A stretch of DNA of 64,000 nucleotides from Octopus vulgaris (Eukaryota). The notes beneath the pieces were generated by a model. That model had not been told where the DNA came from, searched no databases, and worked only from the letters and a program-made list of their open reading frames with translations. How positions within the stretch are numbered: position 1 is the first letter of the stretch; every line of letters begins with the position of its first letter. The stretch covers positions 21,576,001-21,640,000 of the forward strand of contig OX597830.1 of assembly GCA_951406725.2 (NCBI GenBank), in the 5' to 3' direction. The position numbers and the translations under genes are program-made. Shown piece after piece: positions 45,351-59,021 of this stretch.

Positions 45351-45485
45351 TTGATGGTAAATGATTTTATTTTTCATTCCCTTTCGAAATTACCCCTAAT
45401 AGTGGTTTGGATTTTGACTACTCTTTCTAGCGTGTTAGACGTCCTATTATGCCCATCTCTTGTGTTTAAATGTACACTGTATCTG

Positions 45486-45577
<92 letters not shown>

Positions 45578-45580
<3 letters not shown>

Positions 45581-45768
45581 AGAGCTTACGAAAAAAACAA
45601 AAGACGAAGAAAGACAGGTGGTGTACAAAACAAACAGATGTATTAGTATAACGCTCAGGAATAGAAAAAGTCTTTTACGTTTCGAGCCTACGCCCTTCTA
45701 CAGAAAGGGACACACAAAAAACAAGAAGAGAAAATAATATGTGTAGTGGCTAACGATCTATCATGGCG
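45578..45768 (-). mobile_element. Second copy of the ~200-bp TA-flanked hammerhead-like cassette
   Basis: Colinear with 39524-39722. Motif CUUU-CUGUAGA-A-GGGC-guag-GCUC-GAAA-CG-UA-AAAG at 45707-45672. Confidence 0.55.
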
Positions 45769-45776
45769 CTGACTCC

Positions 45777-45833
<57 letters not shown>

Positions 45834-46403
45834 GAAGCACACCAGACGTACAACCCACACACAAAAATTCATACATGCAGATGCATAAACATACTGACAT
45901 TACAGAAAAAAACATATGCAGACACGTTCAATCTGGTATACAGCACAGTCGCGTGTTTGTGTATGAATGTATGTATATATCTGTGTATGTATGTGCACAT
46001 GTGCACAGATATACATGTACGTCAGTGTGCGTGCGGGCTGGCGTGCTTGTGTGTGTCTGTGTGTGTGTGTGTTAAGTGTCATTGGCTTGTTGTTTTTTAA
46101 TTTCGGTGTAGCCATCTGTGAGAGCATGCGTGAGTTTGAATCTGAATTTCACTCGTATATTGTTTTGCTTGCGTATATGCATTTACGCTTCTAACGGTAT
46201 TTGTGAGAGTGTGTATTCGTGTGTGTATGTGGGCACGCTCGCACGTACATGTGTATAGGTATGTCTGTATGTATATAGGGATGTGGATAGATAGGTAGCT
46301 ATGAGTGAACGTACACACACACACACACATGCATACATACGCATATACATGTACAGATAGATAGATAGATAGGGAGAGAGAGAGGGAGAGAGGTAAGTAG
46401 GTC

Positions 46404-46472
<69 letters not shown>

Positions 46473-46949
46473 ATAGATAGATGGATAGATAGATAGATAG
46501 ACATACAGACACACAAACAGACAGACAGACAGACAGACAGGCACATACATACATATATACATACATTTATATATTTATATATGTATAGAGCTTATGAATG
46601 CGTATATGTGGTGGCGAACATCTTCGTATATGTATGCACACAGGCTGATGTGTATTTATAATACGTACATATATAAATACTTTCAAGTGCTTATAAATGC
46701 CTATTCATACAATGGTGTGCCGCTCACATGCATAAATGCATGTGTGTGTCTGTGTGTGTCTTTGTTATGTGTACACCAATACGCATGTGCACAATAGATG
46801 TACAAATAGAATCAACAGAAGCGGACGGATCAGATAGAGGACTCCTATTGGTGAAGAGATAGAGGGAGGGGAATAGGAGAGAGAAGCGAGAACAAGAGAG
46901 AGACTAACAGACAACAGATATATATATCTCTATATATGTATATATATAT

Positions 46950-46988
<39 letters not shown>

Positions 46989-47121
46989 GGGGAGAGAATG
47001 GAGGAGGGAGAGGGCTTGAGAGAAAAGGAGAGAGCTAGAGAGAGAGAGAAAGGAGAGAAAGGAGGAAGGTGAGGGCTTGTGAGAGAAGGAGAGAGAGAGA
47101 CCGACAGACAGGTTAATTGAA

Positions 47122-47153
<32 letters not shown>

Positions 47154-47303
47154 TAGACAGACAGACAGACAAACAGACATACTGACATACATGACAGAAA
47201 GATATAGGGAAACTGAGAAAAGGAAATTAAGAGCGAGTGAGAAAGGGAGAGAGATAGCAAGGCAGACAGATACAGAGACAGAGAAAAAGAGAGAGAAGGC
47301 GAC

Positions 47304-47348
<45 letters not shown>

Positions 47349-47367
47349 GTTAAACAAGCACGCAGAC

Positions 47368-47416
<49 letters not shown>

Positions 47417-47952
47417 CATATGCATACATACATACATACATACATACATACATACATACATACATACATACATACATAGAGAAAGAGAGAGATAGACGGA
47501 GAGAGAGAGTGACGGAGACGGAGAGAAACAGTGAAAGCAATGGTTAAAAATCGCAAGAGAACGAACGCCTGGTTTGACGTTGAATCCTGACAAAAGGCAT
47601 CGATGCTGTTGTCTTCCCCGACCACGCCATTTTCACTTCCTAGTCTTCCTACTTGCCCCACCAACCAGCCCGGTTCAAACATCTTATTGCACTTAACATA
47701 ACGATATCAGCCAGGCACACACCATTACTCTGATGCAGTTACCTTAATATCAGTTATCTAATCAAATAAAAAGCTCGGCTGGATTAATGATGGATTAAAA
47801 ACTTACTAGAAAGCGATCCTCTCCAGTTTTATACAAACGCCATAGCAAGAGCGTGTCACGTGATACACAAACACAGACGAACAACATCACTTGCTTTCTC
47901 TCGGCTCAGTTTTAAAGCAATGGATGGGATGGATGGATGGAAGACGAGCATC

Positions 47953-47987
<35 letters not shown>

Positions 47988-48355
47988 CAATAACAATAAC
48001 AACAACGACTATGAAGACGACGATGAGAGTAAATGCTGGTGTTGGTTGGTAGTGGTGGTTAATGGTGATGGTTTGGTGGAGAAGGGCGGTGTGGAGGTGG
48101 AGATGGAAGCGTGTACGAAATTAGCCATCTCCTCCCAAAACCTCAGCTTTTCTTCTTTATTTTCCTCGCATGACGACGACGGCGGCGATGACGACAACGA
48201 CGACGAAGATGATGATGATGATGATGATGGCGGCGGATCATCATCATCATCATCATCATCGTCATCCTCAGCAAGTACGGAGTTTGGGAAAGAGGCTGGT
48301 CGACGAAACATGCACGAAATAGTCCTGCCTCACCCTCTCCATACCTCATAATTCC

Positions 48356-49268
48356 TCATCTAACGATGCTGGTAATGGTGAAAACGATCATCATCATCGT
48401 CGTCGTCTTCATCGTTGTCGTTGTTGTCGTTGTCATTATCTTCGTCGTCGTCGTCATTATCATCATCTTCGTCGTCATTGTCAACATCGTCATCATCATC
48501 ATCGTCATCATCGTCGTCATCATCGTCGTCATCATCGTCGTCATCATCGTCATCATCATCGTCGTCATCATCACCACCATCACCATCATCATCATCATCA
48601 TCGTCATCGTCCTCCTCCTCATCATCATCATCATTATGATCATCATCATCATCACCATCATCATCATCACCACCATCAACATAATTATCATCATCATCGT
48701 CATCGTCCTCCTCCTCCTCCTCATTATCATCATCATCGCCGTCGTCGTCTTCATCGTTGTCGTCATTATTGTCGTTGTCATTATCTTCGTCGTCGTCGTC
48801 GTCATCATTGTCATCATCATCATCATCACCATCGTCAATGACCGTGTTATCTGCGATGATGGTGGAAATCGGATTCTTTTATCTGGTGGGGGAATGTGAG
48901 CGATAGTAAAGGCAGGGATGGAGGTGGCGGGGATGGAGATGGCAGTTTTAGGTGGGGGTGGGGTGACAGAAGAAATCGGCCATTATTGTTGTTGTTGTTG
49001 TTGTTGTTATTAGTGAGGGTGATATGGGTGAGGGTGGTGACGGTGACTACAGTCACCATCAATGTGGTAGCGGATATGATGGTGCTGGTAGTGGTGGTGG
49101 TGGTGGTGGTAGTGTTGGTGGTTGTAGCGGTGTAGTGGCGCTGGTAATGGTGGTGGTGGTTGAGAGTGTTTTCTAACGATGGTTGTAGTAACGATGTTGT
49201 AGTAAGGCTGGCGACGGTGGTGTGACGAATGTTAGTACTAATAGAACCGTTGATCAGAGCAGGCGGCT

Positions 49269-49304
<36 letters not shown>

Positions 49305-50000
49305 AATGAGGTGGTTGGAGAGGTTGCGCTTAATTGTGGTCGATAGTGAAGAGGCGATTGATAATAGTGGTGATGAATGATGGTGGTGGTGGTGGTGGTT
49401 GTGGTGGTAGTGGTGGTGGTGGTGATGGTGGTGGTGGTGGTGGTGATGGTCGTAGCGGCGGCAGCAGCGTGGAAGTGGTGGCGGCGCGGCGGGGTTGTGA
49501 TGGTAGTGATGATGACGGTGAATGGTTGTGGAGATGGTATTGGTCGTGGTAATGGTGAATGGCTACGGTGGTGCTGTTGGTGTTAGTAGTGGTGAATAGT
49601 AATGGTGATGATAATGATAAAGATGATGATGGTGGTGGTGGTGCTCATCGTCGTCTTCGTCTTCGTCGCGAATAGTGGGGATGGTGATAGTGGTGGTGTA
49701 GTTTTGGTGCCTATGATCATAGTGGTATGGAGGTTAATGGTTCCATTGGTATGATAGCAATATTTTGGTTGTAATAATGGCTTTAATGATGGTAAATGTA
49801 ACGGTAGTAGTGGTGGTGGCGGCGGCGGCGGCGGTGGCGGTGGTGGTGGTGGTGGTAAAGGTTGGTAGGTTTTGGTATTGGTGCTTCGTAATAACGGTGG
49901 TAGTGGTGGCAGCGGTTGCGGTGGCGGTGGTGGAGGTGGAGGTGGTGGTGGCGGCGGCGACGGCGGCGGCGACGGCGGCGGCGGCGGCGGTGGTGGAAGC
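48356..50000. repeat. Degenerate (ATC/GTC)n then (GGT/GGC)n trinucleotide region
   Basis: Direct reading. Confidence 0.85.
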
Positions 50001-50370
50001 GATTCGGTGTTCTTGAGTCATTCCTTGTCCTTTGTCGGCTTCTTATCGTATCCATCATCCAAATGGGAACTTTCGCACGTGTGTCACTTTCTGTGCACAC
50101 GTCTTGCTGTGTGAATATGTGGATATCTGCATGACATCATCTGTGTATGTACGTATGTATGTATGTATGTATGTATGTATGTATGTATGTATGTATGTAT
50201 GTATGTATGTATGTATGTATGTATGTATGTATGTATGTATGTATGTTTGTATGTAAATTTATACATATATATCAAGGCGGTGCCCCATTATGGCCGCAGT
50301 CTAATGACTGAAATAAGTAAAAGATAGGCCAAAGTGTACGTACGCTGCTATATGTTTTATATATAGAAAA

Positions 50371-50475
50371 TACAAAATGGGACAAGAACGCAAAACATCC
50401 AGACAGTTAGGTGATACAAAAGTCCCTTTTTTGTATCACCTGTCTGGGGTTTTTGCGTTCTTGTCCCATTTTGTA
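50371..50475. mobile_element. Fold-back palindromic mini-element flanked by TA repeats
   Basis: TACAAAATGGGACAAGAACGCAAAA..GGTGATACAAAA / TTTTGTATCACC..TTTTGCGTTCTTGTCCCATTTTGTA. The same end occurs at ~35331-35356. Confidence 0.65.
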
Positions 50476-50476
50476 C

Positions 50477-50527
<51 letters not shown>

Positions 50528-50533
<6 letters not shown>

Positions 50534-50822
50534 ACCGACCAGGCCATCGGATGTTGCTACATATCGCTGGTCACAATGAGCTTCGAATTGTTTTAGCCTT
50601 CAATGACGCCAACTCGCTGGCCAAGCGAGCAGGCCAACAGAAAGACTGAGAGAAAGTTGTGGTGAAAGAGTAAAGCAGGGATCACCGCCACCCCCTGCCG
50701 GAGCCTCGTAGTGATTTAGGTGTTTTCGCTCAATAAACACTCACAACGCCCGGTTTGGGAATTGAAACCGCGATCCTACGACCGCGAGTCCGCTGCCCTA
50801 AACACTGAGCCATTGCAAATCC
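50528..50822 (-). mobile_element. Full SINE-C with tail type 3
   Basis: tRNA-like head (GCAATGGCTCAGTG..GCGGACTCGCGGTCG..GGTTTCAATTCCC) plus core CACCACAACTTTCTCTCA. Confidence 0.8.
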
Positions 50823-50887
50823 ATATATATATATTTGTGTGTGTGTGTGTGTGTGTGTATTTTTTATGTACGTACGTATGTATAAAC

Positions 50888-50930
<43 letters not shown>

Positions 50931-51654
50931 CATATAGATATGTATGTGTACACATATTTATGTACCTATGTATATATATATGTATATATATATATATATA
51001 TATATGTATATGTATATTTATATATATATAATATACACACAAACATATACAGATACACATGTGTATATGTGTGTATGTGTGTGTGTGCGCGCGCGGTGTG
51101 TATACGTGCATCTGTTCGTCTGTTAGTGTATTTTTGTGTTCGTGTACACCTGTATGTATCTGTGTTTATACAAGCCTGTAGATTCACCAAGCATGCGTAC
51201 GTATGAATTTAATTATATGCAAATATATGTGCGTGTATTTGTGTGTGTGCGTGTGTAGCGGGTGTGCTTGTGTGTATGAATCCACTGAAACGTTCGTACA
51301 CGTGTTTATGCTTTTAATTCTTCGAATTCAACTTCAATAAGCGTTTTGCACTGAAGCTCAGATCTTCTTCGAATGGAATTTAAACAATAACGATATCAAT
51401 AAAATAATTCAAAGTTGAATTTTTAGAAAAGACTTGCATATTTTCACCGTTCCAGTTTATGGTTGTATTTATAGAACGGAAACGTAACTGGGGTCGAGAT
51501 GACCTGACAACCGCTCTAATGCCGGGTGGGTCCGCGATAAAATGCACCAATATAACTTTGTAAAGTGGTTTGTGATGCGAACTGCGGCATGTATGATGTG
51601 TTGAACACGTGTCACAGAAAAAGTAAACGAGTGAATCGCATGTGCGACTACGAG

Positions 51655-51790
51655 CAGGGTTCTAACCCATCCAGGGAGGAAGTGACTCAAAATTGGGGAA
51701 CTAGTTCTGACTCTGGTGACTCGTCCTCCTCATGCCTGCATGGAATGCGGACGTAAAATGACGATGACGACGACGAGAACGACGACGACG
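51655..51790 (+). mobile_element. Degenerate retroposon 3' end with a (GAT/GAC)n tail, possibly RTE-type
   Basis: CATGCCTGCATGGAATGCGGACGTAAAATGACGATGACG precedes the trinucleotide tail. Confidence 0.35.
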
Positions 51791-51947
51791 CTGATGGTGA
51801 TGATGATGATGGTGATGATGATGGTGATGATGATGATGATGGTGATGATATTTGCTGGTCCCCGTTTTTCTAACTTTAAACATGTCACTAAGTAAATTAA
51901 TAATTACATATGTAATTAGATTATAAATTACAAATTTATAATCCGAG

Positions 51948-52125
<178 letters not shown>

Positions 52126-52160
52126 CATATATGTATATATATATATATATAATATATACA

Positions 52161-52212
<52 letters not shown>

Positions 52213-52591
52213 TTGATAGATATAGATATAAATATATACATACATTCATATACACAGACACATATCTATATATATATATACATTCATACACTTATATATA
52301 AACATGTAAAGACATACACACACACACATACACATTTATGTATAGAGAGAATCTGGTTTCAGCACCCCATATAACCTCGCATGAATTTTCTATTTTGGGG
52401 AATTTCCGGAACACTTTTTCGAATTTATATGTTTATGCAAAAATATTGCGTGTGTAATTTTTGTGTTTGTGGTTAAGGTCGATTTAGCTGTTGTTTTCAG
52501 CACATCTCACGACCACCTGATAGCTCCCTGAAAAAAATGTGTATGAGGATAATTCATGCACCTCGATTTTGTTTCCTCAAACGTTATCTAG

Positions 52592-52702
<111 letters not shown>

Positions 52703-52710
52703 CAGATAGA

Positions 52711-52798
<88 letters not shown>

Positions 52799-52821
52799 CA
52801 AAGAGCAAGAGATAGACAGAC

Positions 52822-52854
<33 letters not shown>

Positions 52855-52868
52855 GAAAGAAACAAAGA

Positions 52869-52911
<43 letters not shown>

Positions 52912-53299
52912 TACCAGAGAGAGAGAGAGAAATAATGGTCTTTCCCTATATAGCTTACTGCCGTAACATAGATATGTAAACAAAATGGCTATAAACCACG
53001 TTGTCCCATTTGTAGTCATTTAATTTTCTCCGCTGTAGGCTCTGTAGTGTTTACATTGGCGAAGTTTTGGAATGAAATATTCCAGTAATATATTTTCGTG
53101 TTGAAAAGTGTAGAATGTATATTTATATATTATTGACATTATATATACTGTTTTCTCAAGAACAAGATGTTTCAATGGAAAAAGTTATTACTTTGATGAA
53201 ATTTTCGTAGCAGCTGTAGAATAAGGAGAAGTCTCGTATTTCTTTCATTTTGGTTTTGCTTATTTTTTTTGTCTTTGAATGCAGAGTCGGAAGCTGAAG

Positions 53300-53665
53300 G
53301 CGAGAGCTTATGACGTTTGTCCAAAGCTTTCGTGTCTTTGTAAGAGAAACCAGAATTTGCAAGTTATCATCACCAGTCAAGAGAACTGGTAAGAATCCGT
53401 TAAAGGATCCCTGTCTCCAGACGTATCAAAGTCTACCAACGAATCCTAAATAAGATTTGGTCTCAATTCTTATACTTTCTAATATGAATGGGGAAGATTT
53501 CCACAATTGTCTAATTAATGTCCCAAATACAGTACAACACCGATTTTCGAACGCTGATGGTCAAGAACTTCTTACGATTTGCACTAATTTTCGAACAGGA
53601 ACTTCAAATTCCTGCAGCTGCCAAACTATTGGGTTTTGTCGACACTGAACTTCAAGCTCTCTAAT
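53300..53665 (-). mobile_element. Highly decayed DNA-transposase-like fragment
   Basis: Frameshifted peptides LAAA/EFEVPVRKLVQIV, IRW, DTSGDRD and LPVLLTGDDNLQIL resemble the HWDGK..D.SG..DRLPVLV.G..LLG region of invertebrate DDE transposases (recalled, not searched). Confidence 0.35.
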
Positions 53666-53800
53666 TAACAGCTAAATGCAGTCTTTTTCTTATGTGTGGG
53701 CACTCATTCGATACTTAATGCTTCAACAAAGTTCGACGCGAATTTACGATCAGACAGGTTGTATTTTACGTGCTTGGGATCACTCTAAAATGGAGAACCA

Positions 53801-54263
53801 ATGCCCGGCAGCGGGATGACGTCGCGTCCGGGCCAGTCGGTTGGCGAACGCAGCGCTTCTTAGAGGGACGGTCGCAGAAAACCGCATGAGGCGGAACGAT
53901 AACAGGTCTGTGATGCCCTTAGATGTCCGCGGCCGCACGGGCACTACAAGGGCGGTATCAGCGGGCTCGAGAAGATCAGGAAACCTTTGAACCACCTCCC
54001 GTGATAGGAATCGGAGCCTGGAACCAACCCCGTGAACGAGGAATTCCCTGTAGGCGCGGGTCATCAGCCCGCGTCGATCACGTCCCAGCCCTTTGTATAC
54101 ACCGCCCGTCGCTACTACCGATCGAACGGCCCAGTGAGGTCCTCGAATCTGGCCTACGAGTCTGCTTACGCGCGGCGGCGCCCCGCGCCGTCGTCGGCAC
54201 GTTCTCTGATGACCCGGAGAAAACGACCGAACCCGATCGCTTAGAGGAAGTTAAAGTCGTAAC
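53801..54263 (+). pseudogene. 18S rRNA 3' fragment (dispersed pseudogene)
   Basis: Universal SSU motifs in order: CTTCTTAGAGGGAC, ATAACAGGTCTGTGATGCCCTTAGATGT, AACGAGGAATTCC, CCCTTTGTATACACCGCCCGTCGCTACTACCGAT, TTAGAGGAAGTTAAAGTCGTAAC. Helix 45, the ITS and the 5' part are absent. Confidence 0.92.
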
Positions 54264-55213
54264 GCGTGTATATGCAAAGAAAAAAAAATTCAAACGAGGA
54301 ATTATTCCATTCAACATCATGTTTATTATAGAGATTATGTAACAAATTGTACTTTACACTTCTATATTTAACTGTGCGTGTATATTCCTTATTTTTGCTT
54401 CTGGTGTCTTTTGCCTTTCTATTAGAACCATTTACCTGGGAATTTACTTAAAGTGATAAAAAAAATCGTGTGGAACAGACAAGTCGTCTTAATAACAAAT
54501 ATCTGTGTACCAGACATTTAGCTGCTATTTTGAGCATGAGTTTTCTGGTGAGGGCTTCATTTGCTTTCATTGCCTGTTGCTTCAGTAGAAATTTACGGAT
54601 GCGCAAACGCACAAAACAGAGAAAATGTAACAAATATGGACGACTTGTTCCGAAACACCCTCGGGTGGGGAACAGTTCTCAAAAACAACCCTCAATAGTT
54701 TTCCCCCAAAATTCCTATATGCTCGGAATCTACATAATCCGAGGTATATTTGTAGACAATTTCATTTAAAAAATATTCATTTTTCTGAAGTGGACTCCGT
54801 TGAATTTTCCGAAACCCTCCCCCGCCCCTCCTTATAACGCTCCTCCCCACAAAAAAAAACATTTTGTATATTTGGGATCTACATGATATAACACATATTC
54901 ATAGAAAATTTAATTAAAAAATATCCATTTTTCTGAAAGTTATGATTAGACAAAGTCGGAGTGAGGTGGGGGCAGAAATCTGTAGAATGGATCATTTAAA
55001 TGAAATCTCCGTATGAAATTTTTTTCTCAGACACGCACACTCACATTGGTATATATCTTACAGAAGATAGAAAGCCTAAGAATATAAAAAATGAAAGTAA
55101 CTTTAGAAATTCCTTTTTATCTGAAATCGTCAAAACTGCAATGATGTATACATACGTGTGTGTGTATGTGTGTGTGTGTGTGTGTGTATGTGTGTGTGTG
55201 TGTGTGTAAATGT

Positions 55214-55596
55214 GGAGGCGCAATGGCCCAATGGTTAGGGCAGCGGACTCGCGGTCGTAGGATCGCAGTTTCGATTCCCAGACCGGGCGTTGTGAGTGTT
55301 TATTGAGCGAAAACACCTAAAGCTCCACGAGGCTCTGGCAGGGATGGTGGTGATCCCTGCTGTACTCTTTCACCACAACTTTCTCTCACTCTTACTTCCT
55401 GTTTCTGTTGTACCTGTATTTCAAAAGGGCCGGCCTTGTCACTCTCTGTGTCACGCTGAATATCCCCGAGAACTACGTTAAGGGTACACGTGTCTGTGGA
55501 ATGCTCAGCCACTTACACGTTAATTTCACGAGCAGGCTTTTCCGTTGATCGGATCAACCGGAACCCTCGTCGTCGTAATCGACGGAGTGCTTCCCA
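55214..55596 (+). mobile_element. Full SINE-C with tail type 1
   Basis: A-box TGGCCCAATGG, B-box-like GTTTCGATTCC, core TACTCTTTCACCACAACTTTCTCTCACTCTT. Confidence 0.85.
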
Positions 55597-55852
55597 TGTG
55601 TGTGTAAATAGCTGATTAGGACATCAAAGACAGGAAGTTCTAACACAGGAAGTTGAGAAAACGATTTGAATAAGTGAATCTTTATATAGAGAGCAATATC
55701 ATTTATTTTTGATAAAAGAAATACATACATTATCAAGGCCGTATCATTCTTTCCAAGGTAAGATCATTCTTTCCAAGGTAAGATTATTCATGTACCCCAA
55801 GTATTACATAGTATTATACAGATTGATCCAGAGGTTTGAACGTGCATTGAGG

Positions 55853-55924
<72 letters not shown>

Positions 55925-56089
55925 ATATATTAAGATATAAAGAATAGCCGTCTAAGTATCCATATTTAGCGCAACTACATCGTTGATAGGCATGTTACTG
56001 CAGTGTTCGTACTAAGATAACATTTCTTATGGATTTGCATGGATCAAAGGGAGAAGAAAATGTTTCCAGCAGCGGCAAACAAGAATACC

Positions 56090-56313
56090 TATTTCTTTAC
56101 TACCCACAAAGGCTAAACACAGAGGGGGACGAACAAGGACAGACAAACGGATTAAGTCGATTACATCGACCCCAATGCGTAACTGGTACTTAATTTATCG
56201 ACCCCGAAAGGATGAAAGGTAAAGTCGACCTCGGCGGAATTTGAACTCAGAACGTAACGACAGACGAAATACGGTTACGCATTTCGCCCGGCGTGCTAAC
56301 GCTTCTGCCAGCT
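56090..56313 (-). mobile_element. Solo SINE-A with a 10-bp target-site duplication
   Basis: CAAGAATACC at 56080-56089 and 56314-56323. Confidence 0.9.
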
Positions 56314-56485
56314 CAAGAATACCAGCGTCTCCAAGTGATAACGCCAACAGCGGCTAGCGAGAAGGATGACGTCAGCGGCCAGTACTAATAGCATCTCACT
56401 TGCTTAGCCGAGATTTGTCGCCTCTGATATACAAGGAAATATATTTCTGTATCCGAGTACATAGATTTCAATATATTGAATATTA

Positions 56486-56682
56486 GTTTCAAATTTTGGC
56501 ACAAGGCTTGTAAGAGGGGATACGTTGTTTACAATGACTCCCGAGTATTCAACTGGTACTTATTTTATCGACCCTGAAAGGATGAAAGTCAAAGTCGACC
56601 CCGGTGACGTTTGAACTTAGAACGTAAAGTCGAAAGAGACGCCGCTAAGCGTGGAAGCGATTCTACCAACTTCACTGCCTTA
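56486..56682 (-). mobile_element. Older SINE-A with the alternative tail
   Basis: GTTTCAAATTTTGGCACAAGGC..ATCGACCCTGAAAGGATGAAAGTCAAAGTCGACC. Confidence 0.75.
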
Positions 56683-57283
56683 CCAACACATGGAATGTTG
56701 AAGAACAATTTTATCTAAAGTTCCAACGCAATGCAAACGTAACACGTGGGACGGAGAGGAAAAAATAATGTTATACAGGTCAACTGCCTGTCAGATGTGA
56801 CAATTTCTTTCAAAGATCTCTAAGGAAGAGAATATTTACGGAAAACAGTTTCGAAAGCGACAACTTTTCGACGAAGATTACAAATTTTACTTTCATACCA
56901 ATATTTATTTGAGCAATTCGCTGTGCTGATAAATGTCTTAAGCGGCATTCTTGAAAAGCTGGTGTTTTCAGGTAAGGCAGATGACCAGCATACCTGAAAC
57001 TTTGGCAAATATAATCAATAAATGGATCAAAAGAAATATACAAGACTTAAATTCAACGGAGAACTCTTCCTCGTTTTGTTATTAAATTTCCAGCGATGGA
57101 GCTTTATTTCTTTGTGAGAAACGAAATCCTCCTTTTCTGGAAGAATTTAAGGAACGAAAACAGTAACAGATAGTACATGCGTACATACATGCATGAATAC
57201 CTATACACACACCTACATACACCATGTATACATACTTGTATATGCTTGTCCATACATACATTAATACATAAATGTATTCATGC

Positions 57284-57323
<40 letters not shown>

Positions 57324-57554
57324 ATGCGTGTGCATGTATCGACCTATTCATACATATATGCTTACATACGTAGACACACATAGATACAGGAATATACATA
57401 CACGCACACACACACACATATATATGTATGCATACATACCTGCATACATCATACAGGTACACTCACTTATACATACACACACATCTGTATATATATATAT
57501 TTGTATTTATATATGTATGATACGTAAGTAGAAATACGTAAGTACACAAAGTGG

Positions 57555-57715
57555 GTTATTGGGACACTTGGTGATGTAACCGCATCAGCACCGCTCTTGA
57601 GAAACCAGGTTTCACGAAGCCAGAAAAAGACACGGCTAATTGAGAAATTTCAAAGACAGGACTTTAATGGAACAGCAAAAATATGTATAACATTCCCCAT
57701 GTTCATGCTACAAGA
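57555..57715 (+). mobile_element. Decayed RLE LINE C-terminus related to 14099-14218
   Basis: VIGTLGDV / LEKPGFTKPEK / [21 protein letters not shown] (frameshifted). Confidence 0.5.
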
Positions 57716-57717
57716 TA

Positions 57718-57748
<31 letters not shown>

Positions 57749-57767
57749 GTGTGCGTGTATATGTATG

Positions 57768-57861
<94 letters not shown>

Positions 57862-58990
57862 TACATATATACATATATACATATATACATACACACATAC
57901 ATACGTACGTACGTACATATACGCATACATTCATGCATATATACATACATACACACATATACACACAGGCATGCATACATACATCCATACATACATATAC
58001 ACCACGCATGTATACATACATACATATACACACACATGCATACACACACGCATACATACATATACACACTCATGCTTACACACACGCATGCATGCATACA
58101 TACATGCATGAATACATGCATACATACATACATACATACATACATACATACATACATACATACATACATACATACATACAAACACATACATACACACATA
58201 ACTGGTATCTAAATCCCAATGAAAGTGTTTTGTTTCTCAGTTAGAGGCCGCTTATATTAATGAAAATATTTTTTTAAATAAACCAGAAAATATACAACAA
58301 CATACAGACATAATATAAATAGTTCTCCGTCGGTTTCGACGATGATTTTAAAGTTTTTTGGTCAATTGAGTTAACTTGTATGTGGTTGAGTATTCCAAAG
58401 AAATGTGTAAACTTACTATGATACTCAGATTAAATTACCGTCAAACTGTATGGTAGGAGTAGACCTTTGAATTGCAGATAGAAGCCCTTTCCGAGACGCT
58501 TCTACCCAGTTTCCGTCACCCTGATTTCACTCACAACATTTGGGGTGGATCCGAGGCTATGGTAGATTCAATTGCCTTAGATGCCACGCGGTGGGATCGA
58601 ACCAGGGAACTTGTGATTGCAAAGCAAAGTCCTTGATCATTTGGAATCATTGTATGTATATATGTACGTTTATATCCATGTATGAATACATAAATACATT
58701 CATACATATATACATGCATGCATGGATACATACGTACATATATACATACAAACATAAATATGTGCATACATACAAGCATGCATGCATACACACATGCATA
58801 CATACGTATATACAAATATACATATATACATACATGCATGGATACATACGTACAAGTATGCACGCACACATACATGCATACGTTTATACAAATACACACA
58901 CACAGACACACAGACACACACACATATATATATTTATATACATATATATACATACGTACCTACATATTTACATACATACATAAATACATG

Positions 58991-59021
<31 letters not shown>

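Noticed and set aside
53780-54342. GC-rich ORFs of 70-139 aa
   Set aside because: They overlap the 18S rRNA fragment and are incidental frames.
55214-55290. tRNA gene (also 60036-60110)
   Set aside because: A and B boxes are present, but there is no convincing acceptor stem or terminator, and the sequence continues into a shared SINE core.
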